Assembly: GCA_038046245.1 (NCBI GenBank)
Contig: JBBSWO010000001.1
Location: 76,761 to 140,760, forward strand
From: Nanobdellota archaeon
GTDB taxonomy: Archaea > Nanobdellota > Nanobdellia > Pacearchaeales > GW2011-AR1
DNA: 64,000 nt
Direction: 5' to 3'
The notes under the pieces were generated by a model. The model did not search any database and was not told where the DNA came from. It saw only the letters and a program-made list of their open reading frames with translations. The first letter of the stretch is position 1. Every line of letters starts with the position of its first letter. Shown here piece after piece: positions 16,789 through 28,760 of the stretch. The translations under genes and the position numbers were made by a program.

Positions 16789-17829
16789 TCACATCCACTT
16801 GTCAAGGCCTTTCTGTTTTGACTTTTCTTTTATCTCCCTAAGCCTTTCCAATTGCTTCTCAACCCTCTCCTCAGAAAAGTCATGCCTCTCAATAAGAATC
16901 TCTTTTATTTTATCTTCGTCAACTTTCCAAAATTTTATCTCATGATTTTCAACATTTGGTTTTTTAAACAGGCTAAATATTTCCTTCCAGTCAAACTTGT
17001 CCTCATCAGGTAACCTATTCCACTGTTCATCAACACTTTCAAAAATTAGGACAGGTTGTTTGTATTTTCTAACTATATCCAGAGCTTTTTTCTGTCCTAT
17101 CCCAGGAATCCCTCTAGGATTATAGTCCGTTCCGACTAAAATTCCCAAACAAATCAGTTGGTCAAGATTTATTTCAAGAGAGTTCAAGACTTTATCCAGT
17201 TCAATTATCTCAGGATTAATTTCAACCCAACCAGAAATTGTTTTCCTTTTTCTTGCCAAGGTCAGATTCTGTATTAAATTAGGAGTTCCGAAAAGCAAGC
17301 TGTCATAATCCTGGCTCGCGCTTGCATAAACGTTTTCCTTTATTCTTGCTAAATGAGCTGCCTCTGCCTCACCCTCACCAGGAGCCTGAACAACCCCAAT
17401 CCCCATTGCTTTCAAAAGTTCTTTAGATTCCTCAATCATTTCATCATTAATTCTTGTCAATTGAGAGCTGTATCTCTTCATTGCATCAACATCTTCCCGA
17501 TCCTTTGCTTCTTCATATCTTTCCCTTGCAAAATCTCTTCCACTTTCTCTTTTCAAAAACGTCTTGTATTTTAAATCAGGAGCTTTGCCATCAAAGACAT
17601 AGACTAGTTTCAAGCCTTCTGACAAAAGGCTTATGTTCCTATAAAAAATTCCGGATAAGTGGCTTGTAACTCTTTTTTTAGAATCCATCAAAGGCGTTCC
17701 ATCCGGCTGTCTTATTGTAGAGAGAAACTGATACAATGTGTTAAAAGCATCAACGCAGATTAGTTTCCCCTTTAAGTCAGGTATTTCAATCTCCCTTCTC
17801 GGGATTATGTCTCTTATGTTAAGACCCAT
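16789..17829 (-). CDS. fen1: Flap endonuclease 1
   Basis: 346 aa. XPG-N (MGLNIRDIIP...DAFN.LYQFL) and XPG-I regions, acidic active-site residues, and a C-terminal PIP box QKGLDKWM. Confidence 0.9.
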   Translation of the reverse strand: MGLNIRDIIPRREIEIPDLKGKLICVDAFNTLYQFLSTIRQPDGTPLMDSKKRVTSHLSGIFYRNISLLSEGLKLVYVFDGKAPDLKYKTFLKRESGRDFARERYEEAKDREDVDAMKRYSSQLTRINDEMIEESKELLKAMGIGVVQAPGEGEAEAAHLARIKENVYASASQDYDSLLFGTPNLIQNLTLARKRKTISGWVEINPEIIELDKVLNSLEINLDQLICLGILVGTDYNPRGIPGIGQKKALDIVRKYKQPVLIFESVDEQWNRLPDEDKFDWKEIFSLFKKPNVENHEIKFWKVDEDKIKEILIERHDFSEERVEKQLERLREIKEKSKQKGLDKWM

Positions 17830-17867
17830 AAGATTTAGCAGTATTAGAAATATAAATAATTAACTGA

Positions 17868-18260
17868 TTAATGGCTAGCGCCATGTTTTTGGTCATAAAG
17901 TTGATTCTCTCTTTCAGAGCTGTAATATATAGCCATTAATTGATAATGAACATCAACAGCAGAAGCCTTATCTATCGAAACACGAGTGATTCCGTCATCT
18001 TTAGTAGTTTCAGAGTAACCAAATTGTTTGAGCAAGCCTCGCTTGGCCCTCGTCCTAGTCATTACATCCTGTAACAGATTACTATTTTTAGCCAGTTCAA
18101 TAAGTCTTTTATTTTGTTTATATTCAGCATCAGAAATAACACCATCACTCTCAGTTTGGCCAACTCCTCTTACAGTTGCTTCAAGGGCTCGCCTAATTCT
18201 TTTATTTGCTTCTTCATCACTACCAAACTCACTGTCATATCTCAAGTTAGTTCTTCCCAT
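17868..18260 (-). CDS. Hypothetical protein
   Basis: 130-aa ORF between fen1 and polB. No motif recognised. Confidence 0.4.
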   Translation of the reverse strand: MGRTNLRYDSEFGSDEEANKRIRRALEATVRGVGQTESDGVISDAEYKQNKRLIELAKNSNLLQDVMTRTRAKRGLLKQFGYSETTKDDGITRVSIDKASAVDVHYQLMAIYYSSERENQLYDQKHGASH

Positions 18261-18353
18261 ATAGTCACTACTATTAAGGGGTTTTTAAATCTTACGAATA
18301 TGAAATTTTCCCCTAAAACCAAGCTTTAAATAATTCTAAAAATTTAAAGTTCT

Positions 18354-20807
18354 ATGAAAACGACATTCATCCCAATAGACTATGATTACTTTGATTTTGA
18401 AGGTAGAAACTACATAAAGATGATAGGCCGGAACAAAGAAGGGAAAAGGGTTTGTGTGATAGACTCATGCCCAGTTTACTTTTGGGCCGTATTAAAAGAA
18501 GGGATTTCTAAGGAAAAAACAAAACTCCTTATGGAAAAGGTTGGAAAAATAAAGCTGGATGTGAAAGGAAGGTTCACCAAAGTTGAAAAAGTTGAGCTTC
18601 ATGACAAAAAATTTCTTGGAAAAAGCGTCAAGGCTCTTAAGATATTTGCGACAAACTACAAGGACATGCATGACATTGCAAGTGAGCTCGACTTTTCAGA
18701 AATAGAAAAAAGAAGAGGATATGATTTGGGTTTTATAACGCATTATATAATTGAAAAAAAACTAAAGCCATTGCAGTTTTATGAAATAGACGGCGAGGAA
18801 ATCTCAGAAAGTCTTGAATTTGGAGGGATAGGCAAATCTCTAAATGTAAATTTCTGTATAAAACTAAGCTCGCACAAAGAATCAAAGGAAATCAAATTTG
18901 TGCCAAAAGTTCTGGCTTACGACATTGAAGCAGATGATTTCAAGATTGGAGAAGGAGAGATAATAATGATGTCCTTGTTCACAGATAATGTCAAAAAAGT
19001 CATAACTTTCAAAAAAACAAACGAAAAACCAGAGTATGTTGAGTATGTTAAAGACGAAAAAACTTTGTTGGAAAAGTTTACAGAATATGTAAAAAAAATA
19101 TCTCCTGATTTTCTTGTAGGCTATTTCTCAGATGGATTTGACCTCCCATACCTTAAATCAAGAGCTGAAAAACACAAAGTCAAACTTGCTTTGGGTTTAG
19201 ATGAAAGCCAACCAAGATTTTTCAAGGGGGCATTAACAACCGCAAAAATACAAGGGATAGTGCATGTTGATTTGTTAAAATTTATCCAGACAGCATACTC
19301 GCAGTATATGCAATCAGAAACATTATCATTAAATGAAGTTTCAAAAGAATTTTTGGGTGATGAAAAAAAAGATTTTAAATTCCAGCACTCATCTAAGATA
19401 AAAGAGCACGAATGGGAAAAATACTTTGAATACAATCTTCACGATTCCAGCTTGACTTACAGGCTATTCGAGAAGTTTTGGCCAGATATGCAGGAATTCA
19501 CAAAAATTATGCAAGAGCCTGTTTTTGATGTAACAAGAAATGGTATGTCAAAAAACGTTGAGGATTTTATAATTCACAATTTGGAGAGATTTGATGAAAT
19601 CCCAGAAAAAAGGCCAACACATGATGAGATAGGTGACAGAAGAAGACAGCCTCCTTTTGAAGGAGCATTTGTTTTCGAACCGACTCCAGGACTTTATGAA
19701 AACCTCGCAGTATTTGATTTCACTTCAAGCTATGGAAGTGTTATAGTCACTTTTAATTTATCCAAATCAACTTTTCTAAATAAGCCAGAAAAAAATTCTT
19801 ATAACATCGAGGCACTTGGAAAAAAAGTTTATTTCTCAAAAGAGCCAGGGTTTTTCCCAGAAATGCTAAAAGAGATAATAAAAAAAAGGAAGCAATTCAA
19901 AGAGGAACTAAAAAAAGAAGACGATCCTGTAAAAAGAGCAAGGAGCAACGCATTCAAGCTTCTTGCCAACGCTTCTTACGGTTACCAAAGTTTTTTCGGG
20001 GGAAGATATTATTGTGAAGAGGCTGGGGCAGCAACAGCGGCTTTCGCAAGACAGTCAATCAAAGAGGCGATTGGAAACATAGAAAAAGCAGGTTACAAAG
20101 TGATATACTCTGACACGGATTCAATCGCATTTCTTCAGGGAGATAAAACACAAAAACAAACAACAGAGTTTCTTAGTTCTTTGAATGAAAAGCTTCCAGG
20201 GATAATGGAACTTGAATTGGAAGGATTTTTCAAAAGAGGGATATGGGTCACAAAAAGAACAGGAGATATTGGCGCAAAAAAGAAATATGCGCTGATAGAT
20301 GAAAAAAACAGGCTAAAAATAAGAGGTTTTGAAACAGTAAGAAGAGATTGGTGCAAACTTGCAAGAGAGATACAAAATAATGTTTTGAGGCAAGTATTAA
20401 ATGATGGTGATGAAAAAGCAAGTCTAGACTATCTGAAAAAAATAGTTAAAAAAATAAAGTCAAGAGAAATTCCCAGAGAAGAATTCGTAATAAAAACCCA
20501 GCTAAAAAAGCCGATATCAGAATATAAAGCGATATCACCACATGTTATAGCAGCAAAAAAAATGCAAGAGTTAGAGATTCCCATAAGTGCTGGCACATTG
20601 ATTGAATTTTATATTGCCGAAACTCGCGAAAGCAAAAAACTTGTTAGAGATAAAGTAAAGCTTCTTCAAGAAAAGGGGGAGTACAATATAGAATATTATT
20701 TAAAACATCAGATAATTCCTGCAGTTGAGAACATTCTTCAAGTTTTCAATATCAATGCTGAAGAATTGATCGATGGCAAAAAACAAAAAACTTTAGGTGA
20801 CTTTTAA
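18354..20807 (+). CDS. polB: DNA polymerase, family B
   Basis: 817 aa. Exo I LAYDIEAD, pol motifs KLLANASYGY and YSDTDS, KKKYA, and a C-terminal PIP-like QKTLGDF. No intein. Confidence 0.9.
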   Translation: MKTTFIPIDYDYFDFEGRNYIKMIGRNKEGKRVCVIDSCPVYFWAVLKEGISKEKTKLLMEKVGKIKLDVKGRFTKVEKVELHDKKFLGKSVKALKIFATNYKDMHDIASELDFSEIEKRRGYDLGFITHYIIEKKLKPLQFYEIDGEEISESLEFGGIGKSLNVNFCIKLSSHKESKEIKFVPKVLAYDIEADDFKIGEGEIIMMSLFTDNVKKVITFKKTNEKPEYVEYVKDEKTLLEKFTEYVKKISPDFLVGYFSDGFDLPYLKSRAEKHKVKLALGLDESQPRFFKGALTTAKIQGIVHVDLLKFIQTAYSQYMQSETLSLNEVSKEFLGDEKKDFKFQHSSKIKEHEWEKYFEYNLHDSSLTYRLFEKFWPDMQEFTKIMQEPVFDVTRNGMSKNVEDFIIHNLERFDEIPEKRPTHDEIGDRRRQPPFEGAFVFEPTPGLYENLAVFDFTSSYGSVIVTFNLSKSTFLNKPEKNSYNIEALGKKVYFSKEPGFFPEMLKEIIKKRKQFKEELKKEDDPVKRARSNAFKLLANASYGYQSFFGGRYYCEEAGAATAAFARQSIKEAIGNIEKAGYKVIYSDTDSIAFLQGDKTQKQTTEFLSSLNEKLPGIMELELEGFFKRGIWVTKRTGDIGAKKKYALIDEKNRLKIRGFETVRRDWCKLAREIQNNVLRQVLNDGDEKASLDYLKKIVKKIKSREIPREEFVIKTQLKKPISEYKAISPHVIAAKKMQELEIPISAGTLIEFYIAETRESKKLVRDKVKLLQEKGEYNIEYYLKHQIIPAVENILQVFNINAEELIDGKKQKTLGDF

Positions 20808-21554
20808 ATGATAAGCGTATGGGCGTATACTTTGATCAGCGTAATAATTGTCAGTTTGGTTTCCTTAATTGGGATAATAACGCTATCAATAAAAACAGAG
20901 AGACTTCAAAAGTTTCTGATATATCTCATAAGTTTTGCAGCAGGAGCTCTTTTTGCAGACGCTTTTTTGCATCTATTGCCTGGACTTGCAAAAAACGGAT
21001 TAGGGATAAAAATTCCTGTTTTTATTCTTACAGGAATAGTGATATTCTTTGTTATAGAAAAAATCGTTCACTGGCAACACTGCCATATGCCAATAACAAA
21101 AAATCACGTCCATAGTTTAGCGACAATGAATCTTATAGGGGATGGATTTCACAATTTCTTGGATGGATTGATAATAGCAACAAGTTACATAATAAGTGTT
21201 CCAGCAGGAATTGCAACAACACTAGCGGTTTTAATCCACGAAATCCCTCAAGAGATAGGAGATTTCGGAGTATTGATTTATGGGGGTTACTCAAAGAAAA
21301 AAGCCCTATTGGTAAACTTCCTGTCTGCAATACTTGCAGTAGTTGGTGCAGTAGCTGCTCTGTTGCTAAGTAAATATATATCAGGAGTGGAAGAACTGAT
21401 AACTGCAATTGCTATTGGGGGTTTTATATACATAGCCGGCTCTGATTTGATTCCAGAATTACACAAAGAATATTCAACGAAAAAAGCACTTCTTCAATTG
21501 CTCTTCTTTTTGATAGGAATAGCTTTAATAGGCTCTCTGTTATTTTTGGAATAA
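20808..21554 (+). CDS. zupT: ZIP-family divalent metal (zinc) transporter
   Basis: 248 aa, multi-TM. HNFLDG and HEIPQEIGDFGVL are signature ZIP motifs. Confidence 0.85.
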   Translation: MISVWAYTLISVIIVSLVSLIGIITLSIKTERLQKFLIYLISFAAGALFADAFLHLLPGLAKNGLGIKIPVFILTGIVIFFVIEKIVHWQHCHMPITKNHVHSLATMNLIGDGFHNFLDGLIIATSYIISVPAGIATTLAVLIHEIPQEIGDFGVLIYGGYSKKKALLVNFLSAILAVVGAVAALLLSKYISGVEELITAIAIGGFIYIAGSDLIPELHKEYSTKKALLQLLFFLIGIALIGSLLFLE

Positions 21555-21558
21555 TAAA

Positions 21559-22542
21559 ATGAGAACAAATCCAAACCCAAAACCAGAATTTGTGGAAAGA
21601 ATGAAGAAACTTCTTTCTCCATCTGACTACGAAAAATATGGGGAAATTCTAAAAATTGCTCCAGTAAAATCTCTAAGAGTTAACACTTTAAAAATTACTC
21701 CAGAAGTTTTGAAAAAAAGATTGGAAGAAAAAAGTTGGAAAATAACTCAACCTTGGAAGGGCCATCCTGAAGTTATGGTTGTTGAAGGAAAGATTTCCAA
21801 TAAAACAATCATAGACCTAGAGCCTGGAGAACTTGGAAGAGCATTAGAACATCTTTTAGGTTATTATTATATCCAGGAACTAGCGAGCATGTTACCAGTA
21901 ATTGCATTAGAACCAAAAAAAGGAGAGATGATACTTGACCTTTGTGCCTCTCCGGGAAGCAAAACAACTCAGATAGCATCTTGCATGGAAAACACAGGAA
22001 ATATATTTGCAAACGAGATAAGTTACGGAAGAATAAAAATCCTGGCCTCGAACCTAGAAAGGTGTGGAGTAACAAACACAGTAATAACAAAAAAAGAAGG
22101 AGTAGCGTTATGTAACAGGCTAAAAAAAGCCGGATTTTTGTTTGACAAAATATTAGTTGATGCTCCATGCTCTGGAGAAGGGACTTTAAGATCAACACCA
22201 AAAACATATTTGATGTGGAATCCGAACACAATAAAATCTCTTTCAAAGCTACAAAAAACTTTGGTGGCTTCAGCTTTAGACATACTAAAACCAAACGGAA
22301 CTTTAGTCTACAGCACCTGCACTCATGCCCCAGAGGAAAATGAAGCAATTGTAGACTATATTATAAAAAATTTTTCAAACGTAAACATAGAAAAAATTTC
22401 TTTACCGATAAAATGTAGGCCCGGAATAGATGAGTGGGAAAATGAAAAATTTTCAAAAGAAGTAAATCTCGCATGCAGAATATACCCCCAAGATAATAAC
22501 ACTGAGGGATTCTTCGTTTGCAAAATTAAAAAAATAAAATGA
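21559..22542 (+). CDS. NOL1/NOP2/Sun-family RNA (cytosine-C5) methyltransferase
   Basis: LDLCASPGSKT (SAM binding), motif IV DAPCSGEG, motif VI YSTCT. Confidence 0.85.
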   Translation: MRTNPNPKPEFVERMKKLLSPSDYEKYGEILKIAPVKSLRVNTLKITPEVLKKRLEEKSWKITQPWKGHPEVMVVEGKISNKTIIDLEPGELGRALEHLLGYYYIQELASMLPVIALEPKKGEMILDLCASPGSKTTQIASCMENTGNIFANEISYGRIKILASNLERCGVTNTVITKKEGVALCNRLKKAGFLFDKILVDAPCSGEGTLRSTPKTYLMWNPNTIKSLSKLQKTLVASALDILKPNGTLVYSTCTHAPEENEAIVDYIIKNFSNVNIEKISLPIKCRPGIDEWENEKFSKEVNLACRIYPQDNNTEGFFVCKIKKIK

Positions 22543-23003
22543 CGCTCCACATCTTCTCAAACCAAGAAAGAAAAGACATACTTGAAATGTTGAATCAACA
22601 ATTCGGAATAAAAGAAATTAAAGGAATCCTGATAAAAATAGGTCAAGAAAGAATTTTCCTTTATCAAGGTTCTCTAAACGAGAATCAATTGAAAAAACTG
22701 GAAGATGAAAGGATTTTTATAGAGAGAGTCGGAGTTTACTTCGGAAAAATACAAGATGACGGAATAAGACTAAGCATTGATGGTGCAGATTTAATGAAAG
22801 ACCAAATAACAAAAAACGTCTTCGAAATTTCTGAAGAAGAAGTAGATACTTGGATGCATGGTTCAGAATTGAACATCTCAACAGGATTGCACGGATTTAT
22901 AATAATAAAACACAAAAAAGATTTCTTGGGCACAGGAAAAGCCTCTCAAAGCAAGATAACAAATTTTATTCCTAAAGCAAGAAGACTAAAATTCAAAGCC
23001 TAA
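22539..23003 (+). CDS. NIP7-like / UPF0113 PUA-domain protein
   Basis: 154 aa. ATGA overlap with the m5C methyltransferase gene. GVYFGKI...IRLSIDG and GFIIIKHKKDFLGTGKA resemble the NIP7 pre-PUA/PUA organisation. Confidence 0.5.
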   Translation: MTLHIFSNQERKDILEMLNQQFGIKEIKGILIKIGQERIFLYQGSLNENQLKKLEDERIFIERVGVYFGKIQDDGIRLSIDGADLMKDQITKNVFEISEEEVDTWMHGSELNISTGLHGFIIIKHKKDFLGTGKASQSKITNFIPKARRLKFKA

Positions 23004-23316
23004 GCAAAGCGATTAAGTTGGCTACAAGGAAAATTATTGAAAAGGTATAGAAAGAAATCAAAAATCTTTCGTCAATGTTTCTCTCATAATAATAGTCTAT
23101 GGCAAATCCAAGCTGCACTATAAGAAAAACTAAAAGGAACCCAAAAGAGCTGAATGTGAAAAGTTTTGAAATATAAAGAGAAACACTTATCAATCCAACT
23201 GCTGCAAAAAGTCCCATACTGAAATGTGAAGTCGAAAAAAAGTCAGAAAATTTCAATTTGTGAGGTACAGCCTTCTCTGAAGCAACCTTCTTTTTCACCA
23301 CTTTTTTTCTAGACAT
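22993..23316 (-). CDS. Hypothetical membrane protein
   Basis: 107 aa with a basic N-terminus followed by three hydrophobic helices. Confidence 0.45.
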   Translation of the reverse strand: MSRKKVVKKKVASEKAVPHKLKFSDFFSTSHFSMGLFAAVGLISVSLYISKLFTFSSFGFLLVFLIVQLGFAIDYYYERNIDERFLISFYTFSIIFLVANLIALLRL

Positions 23317-23408
23317 TATTCTAGCAGGTAATTGTTATTTTTAAGTTTAACTAAGTGGGCCAAACCAAATCATATTTAAAGATTCTTACATTGAAAAAAT
23401 AAACCAAA

Positions 23409-24287
23409 ATGAACACAGAAAAAATAGTCAAGGCAGGAAAAATTGCATCACAGGTTAAGAAATTTGCAAGATCTTTCATAAAACCCAAGATGCCTTTATT
23501 AGACATAGCTGAAAAAATTGAGGCCAAAATTATAGAATTGGGAGGAGAATCTGCTTTTCCAGTCAATTTGTCAATAAATAATATAGCTGCACACTATACC
23601 CCTTCTCACGATGACAAAAGTCTTGCTCACGGATTGTTAAAAATAGACCTAGGAGTTCACGTTGATGGATGGATAGCTGACACAGCATTTTCAATGGACT
23701 TGGAAAATTCACAAGAAAACAAAAAATTAATCCAGGCTTCTGAAGAAGCTTTGAAATCCGCTGAAAAAATATTGAAGGCAGGAATTCATATGAATAAGAT
23801 AGGTGGGATAATTGAAAAGACAATAAAGTCAAAAGGTTTTTCCCCGATAATAAATCTTTCAGGCCATGAAATAAGCCAATACGAACTTCACGCAGGAGTA
23901 AGTGTTCCGAATATAGACGACTCAAGAGCTTCAATTCTTACGCCCGGACTTTATGCAATTGAGCCTTTTGCAACTAATGGCTCTGGAAAAGTTCACGACG
24001 GAAAACCCTCCGGAATATACATGTTACGGGCTTCTCAAGCTCCAAGAAATCCAGGAGCAAGAAAACTTTTAGATTTTATTGTTAAAAAATATAACACACT
24101 TCCATTTTGCTCAAGATGGATTGTAAAAAAATTTGGGGCAAAGTCACTCTTTGATTTAAAAATTCTTGAAAACAATGGAAACTTACATCACTTCGCACAG
24201 CTTACAGAATCAGAAAATGCAATCGTAAGCCAAGCAGAAAACACAGTGTTAATAGGAAAAGAAATTATTGTTACTAGTGCGGATTAG
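23409..24287 (+). CDS. map: Methionine aminopeptidase, type 2 (archaeal)
   Basis: 292 aa. AAHYTP, IDLGVHVDGWIADTA, SGHEI, plus the type-2 helical insert. Confidence 0.9.
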   Translation: MNTEKIVKAGKIASQVKKFARSFIKPKMPLLDIAEKIEAKIIELGGESAFPVNLSINNIAAHYTPSHDDKSLAHGLLKIDLGVHVDGWIADTAFSMDLENSQENKKLIQASEEALKSAEKILKAGIHMNKIGGIIEKTIKSKGFSPIINLSGHEISQYELHAGVSVPNIDDSRASILTPGLYAIEPFATNGSGKVHDGKPSGIYMLRASQAPRNPGARKLLDFIVKKYNTLPFCSRWIVKKFGAKSLFDLKILENNGNLHHFAQLTESENAIVSQAENTVLIGKEIIVTSAD

Positions 24288-24666
24288 AACCGTTTTGAAG
24301 AATCTCTCTTGCTTTATCCATAAAAAAGACCTCGTCATTTGCATTTCTTTTTCCAAAATAAGCCACGGCCCCGTATCTAACTGCTTTAATTCCTCTAGAT
24401 TGAAAGTTAAAACCCTCATCATAAAAAATGGGTGAAGACTGAACTACTTTGGCGAGTCTTACAACTTTTACCTGGTCAGTTATGGTCAAGCTATTTACAT
24501 AACCTCCATTTCCAGACCTAAGCGACCCTTTAAAATCTTCAGAATCATTCAAATGAACAAAATCAAATTCCCCATTTACTCCAGCAATATCAATTACTGT
24601 TCTTAGTAATGACTCCACAGAACTCCTAAATTCTGAGTCTTTATCCACTAAAAAAATCTTTCTCAT
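24274..24666 (-). CDS. Possible stand-alone CheY-like receiver-domain protein (divergent)
   Basis: 130 aa. KIFLVDKD (beta1 acidic pair), LTITDQV (phospho-acceptor position), and AVAYFGKR (conserved Lys position) fit an alternating beta/alpha receiver layout. Judged by eye only. Confidence 0.4.
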   Translation of the reverse strand: MRKIFLVDKDSEFRSSVESLLRTVIDIAGVNGEFDFVHLNDSEDFKGSLRSGNGGYVNSLTITDQVKVVRLAKVVQSSPIFYDEGFNFQSRGIKAVRYGAVAYFGKRNANDEVFFMDKAREILQNGSNPH

Positions 24667-24700
24667 TAAAAAACTCTGAGAAAACTGTATTTAAATGTTT

Positions 24701-26984
<2,284 letters not shown>

Positions 26985-27007
<23 letters not shown>

Positions 27008-27347
27008 AAAAATTCCCGAAGTTTAATGATAATCTTCCCATTTCCTGGAAGCATAATTGGACCATATCATCCATTCTTTTTTCCTGTTCTCTCATGAAAG
27101 AGACTATTTCTTTAGGTATCGATACAGTATAACTATTGCCGACCATTCTCATTTTTACACGAAATTCTCTGTTCCTCAAATTTATAAATTTATTGTACTC
27201 CTGTTCGTCTACAGGATGTATGATTTTATGGCTACAATCAGGGCATATGACTGCCCTAAGCAAAAAGCCATTCTTAGAAACATTTGTTTTTTGCATTTTC
27301 TTGTTGCATTCTCTGCAAAGTATCTGGTTGTCGAAAATGTCTGTCAT
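26985..27347 (-). CDS. Zinc-ribbon + AbrB/SpoVT-like (swapped-hairpin) DNA-binding protein
   Basis: 120 aa. CRECN...CPDCS zinc ribbon, then RVKMRMVGNSYTVSIPKEIVSFM resembling AbrB/MazE-type domains. The 3' end overlaps the cdc48 start by 23 nt. Confidence 0.55.
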
Positions 27348-27358
27348 TTGAGTATGAA

Positions 27359-27378
27359 GGCTGCATTTTACTGCAGCC
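27359..27378. promoter_or_regulatory. Perfect 7-bp inverted repeat (GGCTGCA-ttttac-TGCAGCC) just upstream of the ZnR-AbrB/cdc48 genes
   Basis: Read directly. It sits 12-31 nt upstream of the minus-strand ATG at 27347, where a promoter for a near-leaderless transcript would be expected. Confidence 0.3.
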
Positions 27379-27514
27379 AGTGGGTTGAAAAGAGGTGTAA
27401 GGTATACACAAACTCATCTTGCGAATCATTCATGTATACTCTACGTATACACTTAGATAGATACACTATTTAAATCTTTCGAATTTTAAATCCATCACAG
27501 AAAAAATCCCAAAA

Positions 27515-27522
27515 CTTAAATA
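27515..27522 (+). promoter_or_regulatory. TATA-box-like element for the signal peptidase gene
   Basis: CTTAAATA about 25 nt upstream of ATG 27544 (implies a leaderless or near-leaderless mRNA). Confidence 0.3.
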
Positions 27523-27543
27523 CCTCGAAGGATATTTCACTTG

Positions 27544-28194
27544 ATGGAGTATTCAAAAGAGATTTATGATAATAAATTTAAACGTTTCTGGAAAAAATTT
27601 TGGTTTATTGTCTGGAAAGATAACAGTGTCAAAGGCTGGATAATATCCATAATATTTCTTTTTATAGTTGTAAAATTTATTTTCTTCCCAATTCTTAATC
27701 TCGCCACAGGAACAACTCTTCCATTGGCAATAGTGGAATCCTGTTCAATGTATCATGATGGAAATCTCTTTTCAAATTTTGATAATTGGTGGGAAAGACA
27801 TGATACAAAATATTCCAGCTTTAATATAAATCAGTCTGGATTTGAAGAATACAAACTCAAAAATGGATTCAACAAAGGAGATATTTTGTTTATAATTGGA
27901 GTTAAACCTGAAAGTATAAAAGTTGGGGATGTAATAATCTTTCAGACAACTAGACAAAATCCAATAATTCACAGAATAGTTGATATAAAAATTAATTCTG
28001 AAACAGGAGATTATGCTTTTTCAACAGAAGGAGATAATAATAACGGGCAGCTCGAAGAAGAAAAGCTGATAAAAGAAAATCAAATAATAGGAAAAGCTGT
28101 TTTCAAGCTAGCGCCTTACTTAGGCTGGGTAAAGCTAGTCTTCTTTGAACCCTCAAAATCCTCGGCAGAGAGGGGATTCTGCCACGAGAATTAA
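27544..28194 (+). CDS. Signal peptidase I, archaeal/Sec11 type (S26B)
   Basis: N-terminal TM, ESCSMYH (catalytic Ser box), GDVIIF, and NPIIHRIV (catalytic His box). Confidence 0.7.
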   Translation: MEYSKEIYDNKFKRFWKKFWFIVWKDNSVKGWIISIIFLFIVVKFIFFPILNLATGTTLPLAIVESCSMYHDGNLFSNFDNWWERHDTKYSSFNINQSGFEEYKLKNGFNKGDILFIIGVKPESIKVGDVIIFQTTRQNPIIHRIVDIKINSETGDYAFSTEGDNNNGQLEEEKLIKENQIIGKAVFKLAPYLGWVKLVFFEPSKSSAERGFCHEN

Positions 28195-28237
28195 TTCTAT
28201 AAGAAACATTTTTAAACTTACCCCTTTTAAACACTGA

Positions 28238-28546
28238 ATGGAGTTTTGTCCAAGATGCGGCGCTGTTCTCATACAAAAGAGGAAAAATGACGGCTGCCCA
28301 AGATGCAACTATTCTTCTAAAGGGAAGGTAAAGCTGAAAACATCAGAAAAAATCGGCAGTAAAAAAGAAATCCCAGTCATAACAGAAAAAGAGCAGAATG
28401 CTTATCCAATAATAACAGAGACATGCAAAAAATGTGGTAATGACAAAGTGTACTTCTGGACTGTCCAAACAAGAGCTGGCGATGAAGCCGAGACAAAATT
28501 CTTCAAATGTGTAAAGTGTGAGCATACCTGGCGAGACTATAGATAA
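28238..28546 (+). CDS. tfs: Transcription factor S (TFIIS/RpoM-like)
   Basis: 102 aa. N-terminal CPRCG...CPRC ribbon and C-terminal CKKCG...QTRAGDEAET.FF.C.KC with the acidic DE hairpin. Confidence 0.85.
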   Translation: MEFCPRCGAVLIQKRKNDGCPRCNYSSKGKVKLKTSEKIGSKKEIPVITEKEQNAYPIITETCKKCGNDKVYFWTVQTRAGDEAETKFFKCVKCEHTWRDYR

Positions 28547-28654
28547 GGCAAACTATTAAAGTTACTAACGAAGCTATGGTCGAGAAGAGATTATAGGTAA
28601 ATTAAGCGATTCTAAATATTTTTAAACAGAATTCTTTTGTTAAATTAAACTAAA

Positions 28655-28728
28655 GGCCTCGTAGCTCAGCTTGGTAGAGCACTGGACTCTTAATCCAGGT
28701 GTCGTGGGTTCAAATCCCATCGGGGCCA
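28655..28728 (+). tRNA. tRNA-Lys (anticodon CUU)
   Basis: GGCCTCG TA GCTC AGCTTGGTA GAGC A CTGGA CTCTTAA TCCAG GTGTC GTGGG TTCAAAT CCCAT CGGGGCC A. 74 nt, no CCA. Confidence 0.9.
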
Positions 28729-28760
28729 TAAAATCTTAAAATAGTTTCTAAAAACAAGAA

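Noticed and set aside
21809-22348. 179-aa minus-strand ORF (and 22023..22283)
   Set aside because: Antisense inside the NOL1/NOP2/Sun methyltransferase gene. Leu/Phe-rich low-complexity translation typical of antisense frames of Lys/Glu-rich genes.
27057-27473. 138-aa plus-strand ORF (and 27136..27351)
   Set aside because: Antisense to the ZnR-AbrB gene and running into the regulatory spacer. Composition is junk-like.
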